57,318 nt of DNA from an uncultured Candidatus Saccharibacteria bacterium (GTDB taxonomy: Bacteria > Patescibacteriota > Minisyncoccia > Phycocordibacterales > EsbW-18), in NCBI GenBank assembly GCA_964608145.1, contig CAZSMD010000001.1, forward strand, positions 1 to 57,318, given 5' to 3'. Made by a program: the position numbers and the translations under genes. Positions within the stretch are counted from its first letter, which is position 1; each line of letters begins with the position of its first letter. Below are positions 28,649 through 35,958 of this stretch, one piece after another. Under the pieces are notes generated by a model. It did not search any database. It saw only the letters and a program-made list of their open reading frames with translations, and had not been told where the DNA came from.

Positions 28649-28767
28649 GCGTCCATACGTTGTTCAAGGCGGGCATCGCGACACTTCTCGTCGGAGGACT
28701 CATCGTTCTGTGTTCCGTGAGCGTTGCGTATACGCTCATCCGTGGAAAACCTGTGCGCTTTACATGA
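28645..28767 (+). CDS. 40-aa hydrophobic peptide P3, translationally coupled to P2 (GTGA overlap); below the ORF-track size cutoff
   Basis: Own translation: (M)SVHTLFKAGIATLLVGGLIVLCSVSVAYTLIRGKPVRFT. One TM helix and a basic C-terminus. Its GTG overlaps the P2 TGA stop. Confidence 0.5.
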   Translation: MSVHTLFKAGIATLLVGGLIVLCSVSVAYTLIRGKPVRFT

Positions 28768-28768
28768 A

Positions 28769-28801
28769 GCGGCGGTCGAGTTGCTCGACCGCCGCGTTTT
28801 T
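28769..28801 (+). terminator. strong intrinsic terminator after P3
   Basis: GCGGCGGTCGAG TTG CTCGACCGCCGC followed by GTTTTT. Confidence 0.8.
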
Positions 28802-28848
28802 GCGCCTTGTGTTTTTACCTCTCACTTCACGATTTACTCTCCTCATTT

Positions 28849-30135
28849 TTACCTCTCCTTCCACGCTTTTCCCTGCCGAACCAGGAGTTTTTCCTTCTTT
28901 TCGGGTTCCGCCATGACATGTTCAACGACATGCTCGAGACGAACACCTTGCGAACCCTTTACAAGCACCACATCACCTTCCGCGACAACATTTGCGAGAT
29001 ATGCCCCCGCTTGGTGCGCATTGCTATAGAGCGATACATTTGAGAGCCCGTGCTGCTGTGCACTTTTCGCTGTCTCTTGAACAGAGGAACCGACACAGAC
29101 AAGCATACTCACTGTTTTTGCGGCCTGCTCACCCAAAAATGCATGCGCCTCTGACGAATGTTTGCCGAGTTCCCGCATATCTCCGAGAACGGCGATTTTC
29201 CTTCCCTGTGTCGAAATCTCACTCAGCGTTTCAAGAGCGTGTTCCGCGGCAATTGGGGACGCATTATACGAATCATCAATAATCACGCTGCCCTTTTTCC
29301 CGGGAACAAGGTGCATACGCCCGGGCGGTGTTTTAAACGTACTTAGCGCCTCGGTCATCTCCACGACACTAATCCCCTGTGAAAGCCCTACGGAAAGCGC
29401 GGCAAGCACGGGGTACATGATGTGCCGTCCGAGTACATCGTGAAGACGTATCGGCACAACATTTCCTTCAAACATCACTTTGAAACTTACTCCCTCAGGG
29501 CGTCCTGCCTCGTCATATTCAATCGCATAGTAGTCGGCATACAGGTCCGCATCCTGGTTATAACCAAACGTATAGACGCGATTTTTTATGCTGCCCGACA
29601 GTTCGCGCACTTTTTCATCGTCATAGCCGAGAAGAGCGACGCCGTTTGGTTTGAGCGCCTTGAGAATCATGCTTTTTTCAACAAAAACCGCATGCGGGGA
29701 AGAAAAAAATTCAACGTGCACCGGTGTCTCGGCGACAAGCGTAATCACCGCGGCGTCAAGCCGTACCCACCGTACAAGCCGTTCCATGTCACCCGGATGA
29801 TCAACGCCCATTTCAAGCACGACCCAGTCGGGATAACTGTGGAAACCGAAAGCAACCCAAAAACCTCGCAGGATATTCATCAGCCATCCACCCGGGCTAT
29901 CCCACGCGGTGTCGAGTCCTAAGATGGTCAGCGGAACGCCCAAATCCGAATTAAAACTTTTATCGCTCTTCGCAACAGTAAACAGAGAACCGAAGATGGT
30001 CGCAATGGCGTCCTTCGTTGTCGTTTTTCCAACGCTTCCGGTGACTCCGATGACACGCGGTTTAAAACGCCACAACACTACCCGCGCCTCAAACGTGAGC
30101 ATTGCAACAACAATTTTTTTAAGAAACGATTTCAT
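28849..30135 (-). CDS. murF: UDP-N-acetylmuramoyl-tripeptide--D-alanyl-D-alanine ligase
   Basis: VIGVTGSVGKTTTKD P-loop with Mur ligase middle and C-terminal domains. Sits in the dcw cluster. Confidence 0.92.
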   Translation of the reverse strand: MKSFLKKIVVAMLTFEARVVLWRFKPRVIGVTGSVGKTTTKDAIATIFGSLFTVAKSDKSFNSDLGVPLTILGLDTAWDSPGGWLMNILRGFWVAFGFHSYPDWVVLEMGVDHPGDMERLVRWVRLDAAVITLVAETPVHVEFFSSPHAVFVEKSMILKALKPNGVALLGYDDEKVRELSGSIKNRVYTFGYNQDADLYADYYAIEYDEAGRPEGVSFKVMFEGNVVPIRLHDVLGRHIMYPVLAALSVGLSQGISVVEMTEALSTFKTPPGRMHLVPGKKGSVIIDDSYNASPIAAEHALETLSEISTQGRKIAVLGDMRELGKHSSEAHAFLGEQAAKTVSMLVCVGSSVQETAKSAQQHGLSNVSLYSNAHQAGAYLANVVAEGDVVLVKGSQGVRLEHVVEHVMAEPEKKEKLLVRQGKAWKER

Positions 30136-30170
30136 TCTGTTTTTCTTCTCTCCTCTTCTGTATTTTCCAC

Positions 30171-30204
30171 TTTACAACTTTATAACTTTACAAACTTTAT
30201 AACT
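30171..30204. repeat. left arm of a 34-nt inverted repeat pair bracketing ftsL-ftsI
   Basis: TTTACAACTTTATAACTTTACAAACTTTATAACT. Its reverse complement matches 32252-32285 at 33 of 34 positions (28 consecutive identities). Confidence 0.9.
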
Positions 30205-30205
30205 G

Positions 30206-31918
30206 TCATCGGTCCGGCGGAATTTCGTAATAGTTAATGAGAAACTCGGTAAGCTCCATAAAAGGATGCGTCAGTGTCTGCGACGCAAATTCTACGTTCT
30301 TCGGCTCCTCGTTATACAGGAAAATAATGAACTTCGGATCGTATGCGGGAAAATAGCCGAAGAACGAGTGGAGATACCTGTCATCATAATACCCTTTTCC
30401 TGCCTTATTGGATATCTGAGCGGTACCGGTTTTTGCGGCAACGCTATAGCGTTCAAGCTTCACTGTTCCGCCAAGAAGGAATTCGTCTACGACTTTGACG
30501 AGCATTTTGGTAATTGTTTCGCTCGCTTCTTCGGAGAGTACGCGTTCGTTTGACGCAAAGGTTTTTGTTTTCGTAATACCGAGATCGTATTCAATCTCTT
30601 TCACCAGATGCGGGTCAACAAGCATGCCGCCGTTTGCAAGCACGGCGAGCGCGCGAATCATCTCAATCGGCGTCACGGCAATTCCCTGTCCGTACGATGC
30701 AGTCGCATATTCAATGTCACGGGGGCTGTCCAAAGGATCCAGGAGACCGGCAATTTCACCCGGCAAGTCAATGCCGGTTTCGCGGCCAAGCCCGAATGCC
30801 CGCAGGTAGTCGGCAAAACGCTTGTTGCCGAGCTCGCCGACAACAAACGCAACGCCCGTGTTGAGCGACTCGCCAAGCACGTTGTACATAGGCACAACGC
30901 CGCGCCCGCGCCCGTCATAGTTCGAAATGGTGCGCCCGTCAAGCGTGAGAGAGCCGGTATCGTTATAGGTCGTTTCGGGTGTGACCACACGGGCATCGAG
31001 TCCCGCGGCCATCGTCAGCGGCTTCATGATAGAACCCATCTCATACACGTTTTCAACAAGGGGGTTTTTGAACACACCGAGATTCTCCACAGAAGCGAAG
31101 TTGTTCGGATCAAACGTCGGGTACGCAGCCATCGCAATAATTTCTCCCGTCGCCGGATTCATGATGATGCCGCCGACTGATTTGGACGACCATTCTTCAG
31201 CAATCTGTGCGAGCGTCTGTTCGAGTACGCCCTCGACGGTCGGCTCAATTGTCGTCACGATGTCTCCCGCTCCTTCTCCCTCTTCAATCTCTGCAACTTC
31301 ATTAAGACTTCCGAATATCTCGGCGAAGAAATTCACATGCATGTTCTGCGCATTTCGTGAAAGCGTTCGTTCGTAGTACCGTTCGAGACCGTATTGTCCG
31401 ACAAGTTCATTGCCGTTAAAACCGACAAAGCCGAGCGCGTGCGCCGCGCGCTCCCCGCCCGGATAAAAACGCCATCGCTCCTTTTCAAGTTCAACGCCCG
31501 GTATGCCGAGCGCGGAAATCGCGTCTGCAGTTTCAGTTGAAAGTTTTTGCGCCAGCTCTTCATGCGGGTCGTCGCTTTTTTCCGCTTTTTTGAAAAAATC
31601 TTCCCGGTCAAGTTCGACGAGCGGTGAAAGCGCCTCGTACGCGGCTTCCGCGTCAATCAGCTTCTTCGGGTTAAGTACGAGTGTAAAACCCGGTTCAAGA
31701 GTTGCGGCAGAAATGCGCCGTCCCGCTTTGTCCTCAAAAAAAATAGCCCCGCGGTCGAACAACGCCCCTTGAGGCGTGACGTACTGCCGGTCTGCTTTTA
31801 CTGCGTACTCTTCATTTCTGACAATCTGCTCAAGGTACAGTTTGCCCACAAGTATGAGGGCAAAAATAAAAAGCACCCCGAACAAAATCCTGATTCGGTT
31901 GGTGCTTGGATCACTCAT
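30206..31918 (-). CDS. ftsI: penicillin-binding protein (FtsI/PBP3-type transpeptidase)
   Basis: N-terminal TM, PBP dimerisation domain, transpeptidase motifs (GSIMKP, SNT-like, KTGTA). Start trimmed to MSDPSTNRIRILFG, overlapping the ftsL stop. Confidence 0.9.
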   Translation of the reverse strand: MSDPSTNRIRILFGVLFIFALILVGKLYLEQIVRNEEYAVKADRQYVTPQGALFDRGAIFFEDKAGRRISAATLEPGFTLVLNPKKLIDAEAAYEALSPLVELDREDFFKKAEKSDDPHEELAQKLSTETADAISALGIPGVELEKERWRFYPGGERAAHALGFVGFNGNELVGQYGLERYYERTLSRNAQNMHVNFFAEIFGSLNEVAEIEEGEGAGDIVTTIEPTVEGVLEQTLAQIAEEWSSKSVGGIIMNPATGEIIAMAAYPTFDPNNFASVENLGVFKNPLVENVYEMGSIMKPLTMAAGLDARVVTPETTYNDTGSLTLDGRTISNYDGRGRGVVPMYNVLGESLNTGVAFVVGELGNKRFADYLRAFGLGRETGIDLPGEIAGLLDPLDSPRDIEYATASYGQGIAVTPIEMIRALAVLANGGMLVDPHLVKEIEYDLGITKTKTFASNERVLSEEASETITKMLVKVVDEFLLGGTVKLERYSVAAKTGTAQISNKAGKGYYDDRYLHSFFGYFPAYDPKFIIFLYNEEPKNVEFASQTLTHPFMELTEFLINYYEIPPDR

Positions 31919-32228
31919 TGCCGTAGCGGACAGAAAGCGGATGCGTATCGCGGGAAACAAATACCTTCGGTTTTTTCTCGATGAAACCAAGCTCAAGCGC
32001 GCGTCCGAGCGTTACCGCCTGAAGAGCCTCCATGTATGCGAGTTCGAGGACACTGACGTGCGCCGCCAAATCAACCGTTTCTGCCTCGATAGTCTCGCGC
32101 AACACCACATTAGCGACTGTTTTTCGCACCAAGGCACCGTAGGACACAACACACACGAGCAAAAGCGCCGAGAGCACGAGCAGTGCGCGTTTTTCAAAAC
32201 TGTTGAGTTGCAGGAGATCGCGGACCAT
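31911..32228 (-). CDS. ftsL: FtsL-like cell division protein
   Basis: Small bitopic protein: TM LLVLSALLLVCVVSYGAL then a coiled segment. Located between rsmH and ftsI. Confidence 0.7.
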   Translation of the reverse strand: MVRDLLQLNSFEKRALLVLSALLLVCVVSYGALVRKTVANVVLRETIEAETVDLAAHVSVLELAYMEALQAVTLGRALELGFIEKKPKVFVSRDTHPLSVRYGNE

Positions 32229-32251
32229 AGGGCAGTTATTAAAAGTTAGAA

Positions 32252-32285
32252 AGTTATAAAGTTTGTAAAGTTATAAAGTCGTAAA
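32252..32285. repeat. right arm of the 34-nt inverted repeat pair
   Basis: AGTTATAAAGTTTGTAAAGTTATAAAGTCGTAAA, lying between the rsmH stop and the ftsL start. Confidence 0.9.
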
Positions 32286-32288
32286 ATG

Positions 32289-33182
32289 TTATGAAGTCTT
32301 TTCGAGGATACGAAGCTTTGCAGAGCGCGCCCGTGGATTTACACGTTCTTCCTCATCGGTCGGAACAATCGGTTTTTTTGTGAGCACAACAGCCCCGTCT
32401 TCGTCCGACCGCGCTTTGAAGTACTGCTTCACGATGCGGTCTTCAAGACTGTGGAATGACACCACAACAAGCCGGCCTCCGGGAGCGAGCGCCGCATATG
32501 CTTTTGCAAGACCTTCCGTGAGTGCGTTCAGCTCATCGTTGACCGCAATGCGGAGCGCCTGGAATGTTCGCGTCGCCGGATGAATCGCACCGTGGTTGTA
32601 ACGCACCGGCACTGCTTTCCTAATACAGTCGACGAGCGCCATGGTCGAGAGAATCGGCGACTTCGTACGCGTCGCGACGATTTCCTTTGCAATCCGCCGC
32701 GCATATCGCTCCTCGCCGTATCCGAAAATCACGTTCGCGATGTCTTCCTCCTTCCACGTGTTCACAATGTCTGCCGCAGTGAACGCCGCGCTTTCCGCAA
32801 CGCTGGCAAATGTCATGTGCAGAGGTTCATCGCGCAGGAAACTGAATCCGCGGCCGGACGACTCAAGCTGCAGCGAGCTCATGCCGAGGTCAAACGTCGC
32901 TCCGTCAATTGCCGCGACACCCAAAGATTCGAGCACCGTATCAAGATTTCGAAAATCTTCCTCCACCAGATGCAGTGTTGCCGGCACGTGCGAGAGACGT
33001 TCGCGCACGTCGTTTAACGTTCCCGCGTCCCGGTCAAGACCGATAACGGTTCCGCTTTTCCCGACGCGCTCACAGAGCGCTTTCGTGTACCCACCTCCGC
33101 CGACCGTCGCATCAAGGATGGTCATGCCGGGAACGGCGCGTACTCCTTCTATGACTTCATGTAAAAGAACAGGAATGTGCAT
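32289..33182 (-). CDS. rsmH: 16S rRNA (cytosine1402-N4)-methyltransferase
   Basis: MHIPVLLHEVIEG...ILDATVGGGGYT...SFHSLEDRIVK. Confidence 0.95.
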   Translation of the reverse strand: MHIPVLLHEVIEGVRAVPGMTILDATVGGGGYTKALCERVGKSGTVIGLDRDAGTLNDVRERLSHVPATLHLVEEDFRNLDTVLESLGVAAIDGATFDLGMSSLQLESSGRGFSFLRDEPLHMTFASVAESAAFTAADIVNTWKEEDIANVIFGYGEERYARRIAKEIVATRTKSPILSTMALVDCIRKAVPVRYNHGAIHPATRTFQALRIAVNDELNALTEGLAKAYAALAPGGRLVVVSFHSLEDRIVKQYFKARSDEDGAVVLTKKPIVPTDEEERVNPRARSAKLRILEKTS

Positions 33183-33186
33183 AACG

Positions 33187-33270
33187 AGCTTGTAGCTTGG
33201 GGCTTGTGGTGAGTAGGCGAGATCGAGATATAGTACACAAACCTACACGCTACCTTCCTACAAGCTAGAG
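33187..33270. repeat. long imperfect palindrome built from short word repeats (mraZ-rsmH spacer)
   Basis: AGCTTGTAG...CTACAAGCT closing arms. Inner TTGTG/CACAA, GTAGG/CCTAC and GTAGGCG/CGCTAC pairings. Tandem AGACTGCAC x2 at the 3' end. Confidence 0.6.
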
Positions 33271-33276
33271 ACTGCA

Positions 33277-33711
33277 CTAGACTGCACCAATCTCGCCCAA
33301 ACGCTCCGCAAGCATATCGGCCTCTTTTTCGATGCGTCGCGTGTACGCGTCCCACGCCTTGTCGTTCCATACTTCCACTCGTGTCTGCACTCCCGCGAAG
33401 ATCACTTTATTTTTGAGCCCCGCGAAATTCTTAAGGAAGTCCGGAATGAGAATGCGCCCAGACGCGTCCACCTCTACCTCTGCCGCGCCTGCGAGCATGA
33501 AGCGCGTAAAGCCGCGCATGCTTGCCTGACCCATGCCAAGTTCGCCCAAACGTTTTGAAATTGCGTTCCACTCTTTCTGCGAGTACACAAAAAGACACCC
33601 TTCGAGTCCGCGCGTGACAACGAGCTTTTTACCGAGCTCGGAACGGAAACGAACCGGAAGCGAGAGCCGCTTCTTTTCGTCCAATGTATGTGTGTACTCG
33701 CCGATTAACAT
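33277..33711 (-). CDS. mraZ: division/cell wall cluster transcriptional regulator MraZ
   Basis: MLIGEYTHTLDEKKRLSLPVRFR...GRILIP with duplicated SpoVT-AbrB motifs. Confidence 0.95.
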   Translation of the reverse strand: MLIGEYTHTLDEKKRLSLPVRFRSELGKKLVVTRGLEGCLFVYSQKEWNAISKRLGELGMGQASMRGFTRFMLAGAAEVEVDASGRILIPDFLKNFAGLKNKVIFAGVQTRVEVWNDKAWDAYTRRIEKEADMLAERLGEIGAV

Positions 33712-33813
33712 GTTTTACGTAAGTACCACTTTATCCCACTTGGATATTATTCTATACCACCCTGCCCCACATACAAACATAGTTATCCACTTTCTGAACC
33801 TCCAGTACACAAC

Positions 33814-33843
33814 AAAAAACTGCCCCGTAAAGGGCAGTTTTTG
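33814..33843. terminator. bidirectional hairpin terminator downstream of lysS
   Basis: AAAAAACTGCCC CGTAAA GGGCAGTTTTT. Confidence 0.65.
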
Positions 33844-33859
33844 AATCGTGGGTTTTGGT

Positions 33860-35323
33860 TTAATTCTTATCCCGCGGACGCATTAAGGGGAAAATTTGTC
33901 CTTCGCGGACGCTGATGTTCATGAGAAAACTGAAGAGCCGTTCTGACGTACCGAAGCCGAAGGTCGGCGGCATGCCGTACTCAAGCGCTTCAACATATTC
34001 ATCGTCTGCGCGCTGTGCTTCCGCATCCCCTTTCTCGCGAAGCGCCTGCTGTTCCGCAAACCGTCCCGCCTGGTCCAAGGGATCGTTCAACTCAGAGAAG
34101 CCTTTGCCGACTTCTGAACCCGCAATGATAATTTGAAACCGTTCAACAACATTCGGGTTCTCAGGTGAACGTTTTGCAAGCGGTTCCAAAAATACCGGAA
34201 CACCAATCAAGAATGCCGGACCACCGATTGTCTTCCTGATTTTTTTCCACAGGCCGTCAATCGCCCGTTCGCGCGATTCAGGTTTCGGCTGTCCGCGATA
34301 TACATCTGCATACGCGGCAAACGCTTCTTCTTCGGAAACAGTGATAGGGTTAAAACCGTACTCTTTTTCAATTTCCTTGCAAAAATCTATCGTCGGCCAC
34401 TCACCGCGAAAATCAACTTCGAAATCACCGATGGTAAACGTTGTTGTGCCAAACACCTTTTCGGCGAGTGTGATGTAGAGTTCGCGCACAAGATCCATGC
34501 CGTAGCGGTAATCCGCATAGGCTTCATAAAACTCAAGCTGGGTATAATCCTGCAGATGTTCGTGCGACATGCCCTCATTTCTGAAAATACGGCCGATTTC
34601 AAATGTTTTTGGCACGCCCGCAACCATAAGTTTTTTCTGCCACAATTCTCCCGCTGAAATACGGAGATATACGTCAATGTCGAGCGCGTTGTGGTGTGTA
34701 ACAAACGGCTGTGCATCTGCGCCCCCCGGAATCGTTTCGAGAACAGGTGTTTCAACTTCTATAAAACCGCGCTCCAGAAGAAACTGACGCGCCGTGTTCC
34801 AAAAGAGCGAACGCTTCTCGACAATTGTCCGCGCTTCGGGACTCATGAGAATATCAAGGTAGCGGCGACGCAACCGCTCCTCGGGGTCTTGAATGCCCAC
34901 CCATTTTTCAGGAAGCGAGCGAAGTCCCTTCGCGAGCATGCGCCACGACGAAACGAGAATACTTGCCTCGCCGCGTTTTGTCCGAACAGGAACGCCGGAA
35001 ACATCCACAAAATCACCGATATCAACGGTCGCAGTAAAAAGCGCAAAAGATTCCGCCGGCATCTGGTCTTCCTTCAAATATCCTTGGATTTTCCCCGAAC
35101 CGTCGAATACATCAATGAACACCGAACCGCCGTGTTCGCGAATTGCCATAACGCGGCCCGAAATTGTTTCAGTTTTTTCCGCCGCAACCCGTTCGTCAAA
35201 GTTCGCGAGCATGTCACCCATGGAGAGCGTGCGCCCCGCGGTGACGGGATACGGGTCAATACCCTGCGCCCTGAGCGCGTTCAGTTTCTTCAAACGATCA
35301 TTGCGGATATCTTCAAGGGACAT
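33860..35323 (-). CDS. lysS: lysyl-tRNA synthetase, class II
   Basis: OB-fold N-domain plus class II core: FIEVETPVL, FEIGRIFRNEG, GMPPTFGFGTSERL. Confidence 0.95.
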   Translation of the reverse strand: MSLEDIRNDRLKKLNALRAQGIDPYPVTAGRTLSMGDMLANFDERVAAEKTETISGRVMAIREHGGSVFIDVFDGSGKIQGYLKEDQMPAESFALFTATVDIGDFVDVSGVPVRTKRGEASILVSSWRMLAKGLRSLPEKWVGIQDPEERLRRRYLDILMSPEARTIVEKRSLFWNTARQFLLERGFIEVETPVLETIPGGADAQPFVTHHNALDIDVYLRISAGELWQKKLMVAGVPKTFEIGRIFRNEGMSHEHLQDYTQLEFYEAYADYRYGMDLVRELYITLAEKVFGTTTFTIGDFEVDFRGEWPTIDFCKEIEKEYGFNPITVSEEEAFAAYADVYRGQPKPESRERAIDGLWKKIRKTIGGPAFLIGVPVFLEPLAKRSPENPNVVERFQIIIAGSEVGKGFSELNDPLDQAGRFAEQQALREKGDAEAQRADDEYVEALEYGMPPTFGFGTSERLFSFLMNISVREGQIFPLMRPRDKN

Positions 35324-35428
35324 GGGGGTGTAAGACGTAATAGTGAAGTAAGACGTAAAAAGGACGAGGGTAGTTGTTATGCTCTCCTCCTTACCTACTC
35401 TACATCTTACCCTTTACCATGATTTTTT
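35324..35428. repeat. imperfect palindromic low-complexity spacer (greA-lysS)
   Basis: 5' arm GTAAGACGTAATAGTGAAGTAAGACGTAAAAAGG (GTAAGACGTAA repeated twice) faces the 3' arm CCTCCTTACCTACTCTACATCTTACCC. Confidence 0.55.
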
Positions 35429-35899
35429 CTAGTCTATCTTGAGAATCTTGTACTCAATCTTCTTGCCGGTCGGGGCGGTAAACACGAAAGAGTCCCCTTT
35501 CTTTTTGCCCATCATACCCTGGCCTAACGGCGAATTAAGCGAGATGCGGCGTTCTGCGGTATTTGCTTCTTCTGAGCCGACGATATTGTAGGTATACTTC
35601 TCTCCGTCATCTTTTCGTTCAAGTGTGACGGCTGAACCGACGGCGACAGTGTCCCCCTTGTGATGTGTCACAATTTCTGCGTTCTTGAGCACTCCGGAAA
35701 GATACCGGATACGCGACTCAATCTCGCCCTGCATCTGGCGCGCTTCGTGGTATTCGGCGTTTTCAGACAAATCCCCGAGTGAGCGTGCGTATTCCAGCTG
35801 CTCCGCAATTTCGCGGCGTTTTTCAGATGTTAAAAAATCAAGCTCCTTTTTGAGCTCGTCGTACTTTTCCTGTGAAAGATAGTTTTTTTGTTCGTGCAT
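35429..35899 (-). CDS. greA: transcription elongation factor GreA
   Basis: LSQEKYDELKKELDFL...EARSLGDLSENAEYHEAR...SPLGQGMMGKKKGD. Start trimmed to M14. Confidence 0.93.
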   Translation of the reverse strand: MHEQKNYLSQEKYDELKKELDFLTSEKRREIAEQLEYARSLGDLSENAEYHEARQMQGEIESRIRYLSGVLKNAEIVTHHKGDTVAVGSAVTLERKDDGEKYTYNIVGSEEANTAERRISLNSPLGQGMMGKKKGDSFVFTAPTGKKIEYKILKID

Positions 35900-35958
35900 A
35901 TGCGGTATGGTGTGCCAGTCTACCGTTTTATCCCTCAAAAGTCAATCTCGCGGCAATG

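Noticed and set aside
30171-32285. DNA inversion switch (invertase-mediated flipping of ftsL-ftsI) as the explanation for the inverted repeats.
   Set aside because: No recombinase is nearby. Inverting two essential division genes out of their operon seems unlikely. The single mismatch is wobble-compatible only in the sense RNA, which favours an RNA-level role. Not fully excluded.
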